From NCBI RefSeq assembly GCF_034530835.1, contig NZ_JAVRCI010000020.1:11572-75571 (forward strand): a stretch of DNA of 64,000 nucleotides, read 5' to 3'. The DNA is from Nostoc sp. DedQUE12b (lineage in GTDB: Bacteria > Cyanobacteriota > Cyanobacteriia > Cyanobacteriales > Nostocaceae). Position numbers and translations under genes: made by a program. Position 1 is the stretch's first letter. Every line of letters starts with the position of its first letter. Shown here one piece after another: positions 9,664 to 19,100 of the stretch. The notes under the pieces are model-generated. The model had not been told where the DNA came from, ran no database searches, and worked only from the letters and a program-made list of their open reading frames with translations.

Positions 9664-11277
9664 ATGCTAAAAACTATTTTTCCTAGCTTTTTTATTTTAT
9701 TTTTGGCAATTCCAGCAGTTTGGGCAGTACCTCCAGAAGACGATCCGAATGCAACAGATGCTAATCGGACTTTGCAGGGACAAGTCACTTCTGTTTCCCA
9801 GTTTTCTGATGTACAACCAACCGATTGGGCATTTGGTGCATTGCAATCGTTAGTCGAACGCTACGGTTGTATTGCAGGTTATCCCAATTCCACCTATCGC
9901 GGCAACCGTGCCTTAACCCGTTATGAGTTTGCCGCAGGTTTAAATGCTTGTTTGGATCGGATTAATGAGTTAATTGCCACAGCTACTAGCGATTTAGTTA
10001 ATAAGCAAGATTTGGCAGTGATGCAAAAGTTGCAGCAAGACTTTGCCGCAGAACTGACAACTCTGCGCGGACGAGTAGATACCTTAGAGGCACAGACAGC
10101 AACATTGGAGGCGCAGCAGTTTTCCACAACTACTAAGTTGAATGCTCAAATTATTACCGCTATTAGTGATACCTTTGGCGATCGAGTAGGTGGTGAAGAT
10201 GATGAATCCAATCTCTACTTTGCAAATCGGGGTCGTCTCAACTTTGAGAGCAGTTTTACGGGCAAAGATTTGTTGCGAGTCCGGCTGGAGTTTGGCAACT
10301 TTGCGAATTCCAATGGTGCAAGCCAAATTGCCGCAGCCACAGGCACAGGGATGACACGCCTGAATTTCGATTATGACAGCAACAATACACTTTTTGTCCC
10401 CCACATCCGTTATTACTTCCCAGTCAGTGAATCCCTAAACTTCGTTGTTGGGCCTACAGGCATTGGTTACACCGACATTTCAACTACCGTCACTCCTCCC
10501 ACAATTGCTGACGACGGCAATGGGGTTCCCTCACTTTTTGGATCGTACAGTCCCTTATTCCGGCGAGGTGGCGGCGGTGCAGCCGCTAACTGGAACATTA
10601 CCAAAGACTTGGTTCTCACCTTGGGCTATTTAGCAAGCACTCCCAATGTGCCATCGGCGAGCAACGGGTTGTTTGATGGTGGCTACAATGCCCTAGCGCA
10701 CTTAGCCTATTATGGTAAGCAAGGAGCGATCGGTGTTGCCTACTCTCATGGCTATAGTCCTGCTGGAGTACCCGATGTCGCAGCTGGGACGGGTAGCGTC
10801 TTGTCAAACGCTCCCTTTGGCAACAACATTGCTACTTCCAACGATATTGTCGGCACACAGGGATACTATCGCTTCTCCCCGAATTTCCAAGTTCACGCTT
10901 GGGGTGGATATATTTGGGCAAATGCCGAGAGTTCTGGTTTGAGTGATATTTCTAATGGTAGGGGTGGAACAGATTCTGTATTTGTGAACAATGGTGACAA
11001 TGCCAATGTCTGGTTTGGGGCGATTGGTGTGTCGTTTCCTGATGTGGGTGGTAGAGGTAATCTGCCAGGAATTCTCTTTGGTATACCACCCCATGTTTCT
11101 AACAGTGATGTCCGTCAAGAGCGAGACAATGCTTACCATATCGAAGCATTTTATCGTTATCGACTAAATGACAACATCTCAGTGACTCCTGGTTTTTGGG
11201 TGATTCTCAACCCGGAAAACGATAGCAGAAATGATACGCAGTATGTGGGTGTGCTTCGCACAACCTTCGATTTTTAA
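9664..11277 (+). CDS. oprB: Carbohydrate-selective porin with SLH domain
   Basis: SLH motif DVQPTDWAFGALQSLVERYGC, coiled coil, FSTTTKL, beta-barrel ending RTTFDF. Confidence 0.85.
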   Translation: MLKTIFPSFFILFLAIPAVWAVPPEDDPNATDANRTLQGQVTSVSQFSDVQPTDWAFGALQSLVERYGCIAGYPNSTYRGNRALTRYEFAAGLNACLDRINELIATATSDLVNKQDLAVMQKLQQDFAAELTTLRGRVDTLEAQTATLEAQQFSTTTKLNAQIITAISDTFGDRVGGEDDESNLYFANRGRLNFESSFTGKDLLRVRLEFGNFANSNGASQIAAATGTGMTRLNFDYDSNNTLFVPHIRYYFPVSESLNFVVGPTGIGYTDISTTVTPPTIADDGNGVPSLFGSYSPLFRRGGGGAAANWNITKDLVLTLGYLASTPNVPSASNGLFDGGYNALAHLAYYGKQGAIGVAYSHGYSPAGVPDVAAGTGSVLSNAPFGNNIATSNDIVGTQGYYRFSPNFQVHAWGGYIWANAESSGLSDISNGRGGTDSVFVNNGDNANVWFGAIGVSFPDVGGRGNLPGILFGIPPHVSNSDVRQERDNAYHIEAFYRYRLNDNISVTPGFWVILNPENDSRNDTQYVGVLRTTFDF

Positions 11278-11283
11278 AAAATC

Positions 11284-11330
11284 GGCGGGAATCTCATCCT
11301 TTCAAAGGGTCTTCGGGATAGTTTCCCGCC
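11284..11330 (+). terminator. Stem-loop after oprB, possible terminator
   Basis: GGCGGGAA...TTCCCGCC inverted repeat immediately after the stop codon. Confidence 0.45.
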
Positions 11331-11442
11331 GCCACAAGTCATTAGTCCTTAGCCTCTAGTCATTAGTACTAATAACTGGTAATTAATAGACTTCTTGGCA
11401 TTTGTCGGGGTAAAGGGGAAGGTGGGGCCCCCTCTGGGAATA

Positions 11443-11667
11443 AGCTACGGTGTACACACAAGTCGAAAAAAGCTTGATTTTCCATTGTTTTCTCGTTGAT
11501 CTCGTTCCCATGAAGAGCATGGGAATGCCTGATTTAGAGGCTCTGCCTCCAGTCAGATATTGAGTCTCTGACTCAATGAATGCATTCCCAGTCTCCGACT
11601 GGGAACGAGGAAAAACAGGAAAGTCTTATCAAGCTAGGTTTTTAGGACTTGTGTGTACACCGTAGCT
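11443..11667. mobile_element. MITE-like element with perfect 22-bp terminal inverted repeats
   Basis: AGCTACGGTGTACACACAAGTC (11443-11464) and GACTTGTGTGTACACCGTAGCT (11646-11667), enclosing a CTCGTTCCCA...TGGGAACGAG inverted element. Confidence 0.75.
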
Positions 11668-12020
11668 GGGGATAAGGGGCAGGGGAAAAGGGTAAAGAAA
11701 CTCAAAATCCTTTCCCTTTAACATGCACCCTTTTCCCTAAGAGTGCAAAAATATATTTTTGCAAGAGACTCCATGAGCTGCGCTCACAAGGAACAATGAA
11801 AATAATCTGGGAATGATTTTGCGTTGTTTCAGCCTCTATTTTTAAGCCAGGTCTAATGACCAATACCTTCGCCAAAAAAAGAGAATTAAGAGAAAGAGCT
11901 GATTAAGTCATACTCATATCCGGCTAATTAGTTATAATTCCCAAATCTATGTAGAAAGCCCAAAAACCCTCCCTCGTTATTTTTATTTTTCTCGGCTACC
12001 CCTATTTATTGAGTCGATAC

Positions 12021-13946
12021 TTACTCGTGATGATTGCTTTTAAGTTGACCATCTTCCATATAAATAATGCGGTCAGCAATATCTAAAATGCGGTTGTCGT
12101 GGGTAACAAGTAAAATGGTACAGTCTTGTTCTTTAGCGAGCTTCTGCATTAGTTCAACAACATCGCGCCCAGATTTTTTATCGAGTGCGGCAGTAGGTTC
12201 ATCAGCTAAGACAATTTTAGGATAACTCACTAAAGCACGAGCAATAGCTACCCGTTGTTTTTGCCCACCAGAAAGATTTTCGGGGTAGTAATTGAGACGC
12301 TCTGCTAAACCAACAGCCTCTAGCATGGTCATTGCTTTGCTGTTTATATCATTATTTAAATACTCTTTATGCAATTCCAATGACATACGCACATTTTCTT
12401 GAGCAGTTAAAAATGTCATCAGGTTATGCGCTTGAAAAATATAACCAATTTGGCGGCGTAATTTAGCTAACTGCTGTTTATTAGCTCCACAAATTTCCTG
12501 CCCCAAAATTTTCAAACTACCTTCTTGAGCAGAACGCAAACCGCCCATTAAAGTCAAGAGAGTAGTTTTACCTGAGCCGGAAGGTCCAGTCAGAATTACA
12601 ATTTCCCCCGCATAAATTTCTAAGTTAATGTTAAATAACACTTGTTTGCGTAATCCACCTGACCCAAAATAATGATTGAGGTTATGCACCGAAATCACAG
12701 GTTCACAAATAGGGAACGATAAATTAGTGATGACTGATTTTACTTCAGGAGTTTGGCTTATCGACGAAACTAGGGCAGTGAGTAACATTATAGTTCCGGC
12801 TCCTACAAATAAACCTGTTAGGCTAACTTCAAGTAATGCTCCAGAAATAGCCTGAGACAAAGGATCAAGAGCTACAGCCGCAAACATTGTTAGACCCATG
12901 ATTCTTCCCTGCATATTTGCAGCTGTATTCTGTTGCAGCCAAGTTATACCCAGTACAGTGACAGTTCCACCCCCTATGCCCATCAGTCCAATTATTCCTG
13001 ATATTATCCAAAGCTGCTGCACAAATCCTAGTGCTATTAGTCCTGCACCCAGACCATAAGACAACAAAATCAGGGGGGTTTTGGGACTCTTGACTGCACT
13101 AAGTTGACTGGCAACTAAGACTCCGATTAATGCACCTATACCGTAAGCTGCTTGCAGATAACCAAATGTTGTGGCGTTACTTTCAAACCGGACATTGACT
13201 AAGGCTGCAACACCGATGATGATTGGCCCTAACATGGCGAAATTAATCATCGCTAGGAGCAATAGGCTGATGCGAATGGGAGGCTGTGTCCAGGCATATT
13301 TTAAACCTAAAATAATTTCACCTATCAAAGCTGGTTCCTGTGTTTCAGTAGCAAGAGGTTGGCGACGACGAATCCGAACCAGGTAGATAAAGAAACTACC
13401 AAACGCAAATATGAGTGTATTGATAGCAAAAGCAATGGTTAACCCAAACGCACCAATTATAAAACCTGCACCAGCAGGACCGATGACTTCGGTGATCTGT
13501 TCACTACCCTGCATCCAAGCGTTTGCTTCTGCCAGTTGGGATTTTCTGACTAATTGAGGCAGTAGGGCAAGAATCGCTGGATATAAAATAGCTTCCAACA
13601 ATCCAAACAGAATAGCGATCGCAATCAAATATATCAGTCGAACAGCATCAAATACTAATAAAGCAGTAGCCAAGGCAATCAAAACAGTATTAATCGTCGC
13701 AGCAATGATGGCAACATTTCTGGTTGACAAGCGATCGCTAATTGCACCTCCTATTAACATAAACAATGCTCGTGGAATGGCAGCCGCCACTAATACAGTT
13801 CCAACAGCCAATCCTGAACCCATTTTTTGGAGTACCAGCCATGTCAACGAGACAAACCAAAATTGAGCAGCACTCAAAATCAGCGTTTGTCCTAACCATA
13901 GCCAGCGAAAGTTAGGAAAATATAACGGCGATCGCAGCATATACAT
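12021..13946 (-). CDS. MFS permease fused to a DevA-family ABC ATPase
   Basis: About 400 aa of hydrophobic MFS (GAISDRLS motif), then EPVISVHNLNHYFG, GPSGSGKT, LSGGQKQRVAIARAL, LADEPTAALD, LLVTHD, all in one open frame. Confidence 0.8.
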   Translation of the reverse strand: MYMLRSPLYFPNFRWLWLGQTLILSAAQFWFVSLTWLVLQKMGSGLAVGTVLVAAAIPRALFMLIGGAISDRLSTRNVAIIAATINTVLIALATALLVFDAVRLIYLIAIAILFGLLEAILYPAILALLPQLVRKSQLAEANAWMQGSEQITEVIGPAGAGFIIGAFGLTIAFAINTLIFAFGSFFIYLVRIRRRQPLATETQEPALIGEIILGLKYAWTQPPIRISLLLLAMINFAMLGPIIIGVAALVNVRFESNATTFGYLQAAYGIGALIGVLVASQLSAVKSPKTPLILLSYGLGAGLIALGFVQQLWIISGIIGLMGIGGGTVTVLGITWLQQNTAANMQGRIMGLTMFAAVALDPLSQAISGALLEVSLTGLFVGAGTIMLLTALVSSISQTPEVKSVITNLSFPICEPVISVHNLNHYFGSGGLRKQVLFNINLEIYAGEIVILTGPSGSGKTTLLTLMGGLRSAQEGSLKILGQEICGANKQQLAKLRRQIGYIFQAHNLMTFLTAQENVRMSLELHKEYLNNDINSKAMTMLEAVGLAERLNYYPENLSGGQKQRVAIARALVSYPKIVLADEPTAALDKKSGRDVVELMQKLAKEQDCTILLVTHDNRILDIADRIIYMEDGQLKSNHHE

Positions 13947-14047
13947 TTCACTACAGTAAATCTTTGCTCAAGTATCATTTCCCTGTTTTATTACTTTAGG
14001 GAGAGAAAAATAAATAATAGTTGGAAAAGCTTGAGGATAGAAGCAAA

Positions 14048-14779
14048 CTACACTTTATTCTCAAAATAATTGTTGTCTTGCTCATTCTTGTCAACATAAT
14101 TCTTGCGAAATATCTTCTCAGTCAAGAGATAAGGAATCGGCAATAAAAACCAGACATACTCCCACCAAGATTGATCTATAATAGCGACTGCTATTGTAAA
14201 TAATGAGAAAACAGGCTCTATCAAGATTATCCATCGCGTCAAAATAATAGTTTTACTATCTAGATCAGGAGTAATTAACCGATGCTTATGAGTCGCGTAA
14301 GTCCAGTTCGCAAATGATAGTAACCCAATCAGCGTAGTGTTTACACTGAAGCAGATTTTGACAATTGCATTTCCTGGAAAATAGATGACTAAGGTATCAG
14401 AATAAGGAATCAGAAACATACTCATCAGATAGAGTAAGTAGAGTGATATATGAATATCATCTGATTTTTTGTAATACCTAAATTGCTTAATATGATCAAG
14501 CCAATAGTAACCTACAATAACAAATGCGATTGCATAGCTGGTAAGTGGTTTTACTTGAGCTAGTAAAAATCTAAAAACTTCTGAATTTGTAGGCTGCTGA
14601 AGCTCTTCTGGAAAACCAAGAGTAAAGAAGCACTGTGCCATTGCCAGTGCGAAGATAATATCAGCTATTCTTCCAAGGCGAACAATAGAGCTATTTTGAG
14701 CAGAATTATTGTCTTGAGCTTCATTCATTAAACTATTTCTTATTGATTTTAGAGGATGTATAAAAAACTCCACCCACAA
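14048..14779 (-). CDS. TMEM175 (DUF1211) family channel protein
   Basis: RLGRIADIIFALAM, SYAIAFVIVGYYWLDHIKQF and LIPYS motifs; alternative start at ATG 14728. Confidence 0.75.
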   Translation of the reverse strand: MWVEFFIHPLKSIRNSLMNEAQDNNSAQNSSIVRLGRIADIIFALAMAQCFFTLGFPEELQQPTNSEVFRFLLAQVKPLTSYAIAFVIVGYYWLDHIKQFRYYKKSDDIHISLYLLYLMSMFLIPYSDTLVIYFPGNAIVKICFSVNTTLIGLLSFANWTYATHKHRLITPDLDSKTIILTRWIILIEPVFSLFTIAVAIIDQSWWEYVWFLLPIPYLLTEKIFRKNYVDKNEQDNNYFENKV

Positions 14780-14899
14780 GGAGATGAAGTTTTACCTAAT
14801 GGGGAATAAGGAAGAGTCACCAATGCCCAATGCCCCAAGTCGGCGGGGGAACTATCCCTCTCTTGGGGATGGAGAGGAATAGCCGACTTTCTATGAAGC

Positions 14900-15556
14900 T
14901 TACCCTATTTCTGCGAGCAGTTTACCCCATTTCTCGTAGAAATTAGCTTGTCGCTGTTGGATTAAGACTAACTGGAATTGCGAATAATCAGGATTACTCT
15001 GTAAGGCATTTATGAGATTCTCTTTACTTTCAGAATCCATAAAATCTAACAATGGCTGCCTAACGTCCAGAGCGCAATTCAAAGCCTCAGTCATCCGAGA
15101 AAACCAGATCGGCGAATAAGTTTTATAGTTTACAGCACGGATATCTTTCCTACAGTTCTGACTACCACACTTACATACCGCATAAGTTCTATCGTTAGAT
15201 TTGAAACATGCATCAAGCAAGGCATAATCTAATGTTATTTCCTCACCTTCAGCAATATTCCTTACGGCAATGGATACCGCATATCCAGTAATAAGAGTGT
15301 TAAAGTCACAGCTATGGTTTATATACTTGGCATTATTCCAATTCAAAACGACATTACCTTCCATATTCACATAAGCAAAAAAATCGATCATTTCCCTAAA
15401 ATTTACATCTAAAGAAGCAAACTTGTCTGGTGTAACCTCTATATCAAGAGGATCTTCATACACAACAATAGTCCCTTTGGGAATTGGTTCAGTGGCAAAA
15501 ATACCATATCCAATTTCTGAATTAACAAAGCGAACTTCAGTTGAATGATGTAGCAT
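14900..15556 (-). CDS. SET-domain protein (putative SAM-dependent methyltransferase) with post-SET cysteines
   Basis: GYGIFATEPIPKG, YINHSCDFN, EEITLDY, CKCGSQNCR. Confidence 0.88.
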   Translation of the reverse strand: MLHHSTEVRFVNSEIGYGIFATEPIPKGTIVVYEDPLDIEVTPDKFASLDVNFREMIDFFAYVNMEGNVVLNWNNAKYINHSCDFNTLITGYAVSIAVRNIAEGEEITLDYALLDACFKSNDRTYAVCKCGSQNCRKDIRAVNYKTYSPIWFSRMTEALNCALDVRQPLLDFMDSESKENLINALQSNPDYSQFQLVLIQQRQANFYEKWGKLLAEIG

Positions 15557-15674
15557 TATTCTTTAACCTTACTTTTGTAAAAACTTGGAATCGCAGCGGC
15601 ACTTTCAGCAACAGTTTCTATCCTTCAGAGGTTGTCTGAAAAGCATACTCTGTAGTTGGCTTTGGTCTTCATGG

Positions 15675-15974
15675 TCAGGTTGAGTGGCAAAAAGAAATAG
15701 AGAATAGGTGATTAATATCTTCGCCAAAATAGAGGTAAATGCCAATACGAAGATGATCTAGGCTATCAACATCAATTTGGTTGTTCCATAATTGTCTATA
15801 AGTATCTAGGATACCGTATAAAATATCTAGATTATCTGCACATAGGCCCTGCTGTGCTTCTGGTAATTTATATCAGGGAATAGTAGGACAAAAATGGTGA
15901 ACATAGTGATAACTTGCATTATGAAAGAAAAAATTAACGACTTTTCTTGAATAAAGTTTGTTTAGGTAATCATG
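15675..15974 (-). pseudogene. C-terminal remnant of a membrane fatty-acid desaturase (not in the ORF track)
   Basis: Minus-strand frame reads KVVNFFFHNASYHYVHHFCPTIP*YKLPEAQQGL. This is the third His box (HxxHH at 15894-15908) followed by P-x-I-P-W-Y-x-L-P, with TGG changed to TGA at 15873-15875. Confidence 0.75.
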
Positions 15975-16165
15975 AAAAGTCTACAGATGATAAGCCTGTA
16001 GGAGGTGTGATGCCACAGCCTAACGCACTGAAAATCTCTGATGGTGCGTTAAGACTAATGTCTATAACGCACCTTACCAGATAGATTCAAGCCAATGTAG
16101 ATCAGGTTTTTTTACTACTATCCCTAGCCAGTACTCAATTAATTTGACACCAGTTAAACACTCAG

Positions 16166-19100
16166 TTATTCAGCACTACTTAGCACAAAATCTACATATT
16201 GATGAGTAAACTGCTTCTCACATGGCGGACACCAGTGTAAATAAGTATCAACTTGGTCTGTATTGATATTCCTGAACATCGTATTAAATTGTTTTTCTAA
16301 CTCAGGTGATACCACTGATTTCAATAGTTTCATGCCCTTTTTATCTGTATTCCGAACATACTCTTCATACTTATCAACAAAAGTTCTGAGTGGCACAATC
16401 TCAACGTCCTTATTCAATTTCTGGAAGTAGCTAATTACATCAGACCAATTCAGTGGTTCTGGATTATAAAAAGTGTAGTTGTGTTTTCTCTCATTAATAG
16501 ATAGTAACGATGTAGAAACGATCGTCTTAGCCGCATATTCAACTGACATCAAATCGAAATCAGCATCCATATCAGGAATACAACCTATATGAGAAATGGC
16601 ACAGAGGAAATTCTCAAAGGCATCTTCATCGATAAAAAAGTCGTCGTCTATATTCTCGTAAGCCTTTTCTATCAAGGCAAATAGTTTGTTCAATGGGGTG
16701 TTTTGCTCGATATGCTTGACCCGCAGGGTATATAAATAGCCTAATCGGTAGTTGACCCACGGGTATCCCTGTTCTGCGAGGCGTAATACGATTTGCTCTG
16801 TCACATACTTGGTTTGTGCATATCCATTAACAAGACCAATGGGGATAGGTTGATTTGCGCAGTCTTCTAGCAAGGACGCGGCACAACTCGACACATTGTA
16901 AAGAGATTTAACCTTTCCGGCTAATGCGAAATCTGCAACTTCAATAGTGCCAATAACATTGGTATTTTTGATGATGTCGTATGGTAGATAGAAGTTATCT
17001 ACAGCCGCTACATGATATACGCTATCAATGTTTTGTGCTAATTCTTCATAGCGATCATTTTCTAGCCCAAATCGCTTCTTAGACATATCACCGATAATAA
17101 TTTGTACGCGATTCTCCCATCCTGGTAAGAAATGAACATCGAACTTTCGCGCTGTTTTTTTGATTCGTTGAAGACCTGCTTCTTCATTGGCTGCTCGAAC
17201 TAAACAAGCAATATTGAGATTAGTAGTGTCGAGCAGTTCTTTTAAAAAATAAGTACCGACAAAACCCGATGCTCCGGTAAGTAAGCAAGTATTGGTTTGA
17301 CGGCTCTGGCTTACACTAACTTCGTTGTCACGACGACGAAGAAGGTATTCTAAAGCATTTTCTATTTCTATATTTAGAGGTTGGCTGTGTGTCAGTCTAA
17401 CTTTCGACCCGCCTTCACCAGAGATGGCACGAACTATATCGTCAATCATCCCCAAGAAGGTATTCGCATAGAAAAAAGCTTCTGTAGGAATTTGACAACC
17501 TAGTTCCCCTTCAAGTGTGCTATGAATTTCAATGATTTTTAAAGAGTCGATTCCATAGAAAAAGATTGACTTCTCTACATCAAAATCAGCCATTCGTACC
17601 TGATATCTCTTAGTTAGAATCTGTATGAGGCTAGTAAAGACCTTGAGGTGCATTGGCCCCATAGATGTGATCCGTTCAAATGTCTTTTCAATATTCAACA
17701 TACTTACGTCTCCTTTTGATTGAGTTCTAGATTCTTCTTTAGGCCATTTAGCTAGAGCATCAAGATTGTTTTGGAGAAACTCTTGTTTGCACTGTTGTCT
17801 ACGGATTTTGCCGCTAGATGTTTTCGGGATTTGCATATGTCCTAAAAACACGAGTTGGCGTAAGGGCATCTCGAAGTTATCTCCCAAAGCGAGACAAATA
17901 GCTTCAGCCAGTTCCTCCAAATAACTAGCTCGACGCAGATTGATGACACCTGTTTTTGTTAATTCAGCAAAAATTACCAATTCCTCGCCAGCTTCACCTG
18001 GGACACTAAAAGCGGCGACACAACTGAAGCGAATATCAGGATGTGCCTGCTGCACACAAATCTCAATGTCTTGGGGGTAGTAATTCACACCATTGACGAT
18101 AATGATGTCTTTGATTCGGCCTGTAATGTATAGTTCGCCCTTCTCATCAATAAAGCCCAGATCACCGGTACGGAGGTAAGTCCGACTGTCATCTGGCAAA
18201 GAAACTAGGGTCTTGTCCGTGGCTTCTGGATTGTTGTAATAACCAGCCATGACGTTAGAACCAGTAGTCCAAATTTCTCCGACATGATTTGGGGATAATA
18301 CACAATTTTTATCAGGATCGACAATATAAATTCTTTGGTCTAGCCAAGGGTGTCCACAACCGACAAAAACCTTTTCTTTGCTGCTGTCGGTCGCTTCTTG
18401 GGCTATGTTGTACTGACCCAGTGCTGTCCAATCAACTGCCTTAAAAACTGGGTCTTGATCAACATATCCAGAAGATATGTATACTGTCGCCTCGGCCATG
18501 CCATAAGCAGGGAGGAACATATGAGGCTTGAATCCGTTTTCCGCAAACTTTTCACAGAAGTCCCGTATAGTTTCTGGATTGATGGGTTCGGCGGCGTTAA
18601 TTGCCATCCGCAACGAGGATAGATCGAGGGTCTTTTGATCGCTGGGCTGGATTTTATCAACACATAGTTGATAGGCGAAGTTAGGTGCACCTGTATATGC
18701 AGCACGGTATTTACTAATGGCACGTAGCCATTGTATTGGTTGGGAGGCAAAGGTTGCTGGGGCGAGTAGCACACAATGACCGCCACTATAAAGGCTGTGC
18801 AGAAGATGAGCGACTAAACCGAGGTCGTGATAGTGTGGCAACCAAGATACTGAAGTAGAATCGGCATCGGCATGACTCATGGCTACAATCATCTCTAGGT
18901 TATTGAGACAATTTTTATGGCTAATCATCACACCTTTTGGTAGTGAGGTCGAACCAGAAGTGAACTGCAAGAAAGCGATCACCGAGCCATCGATCTCTGG
19001 AAGAGGTAACTTCTGAGAGTTCAATGCCTCTTTAGTCATGTCTGTTGGTACATAAATCAGATCCTTAGGCCAGTTTTCTTCTTTGCTTAAGACATCATAA

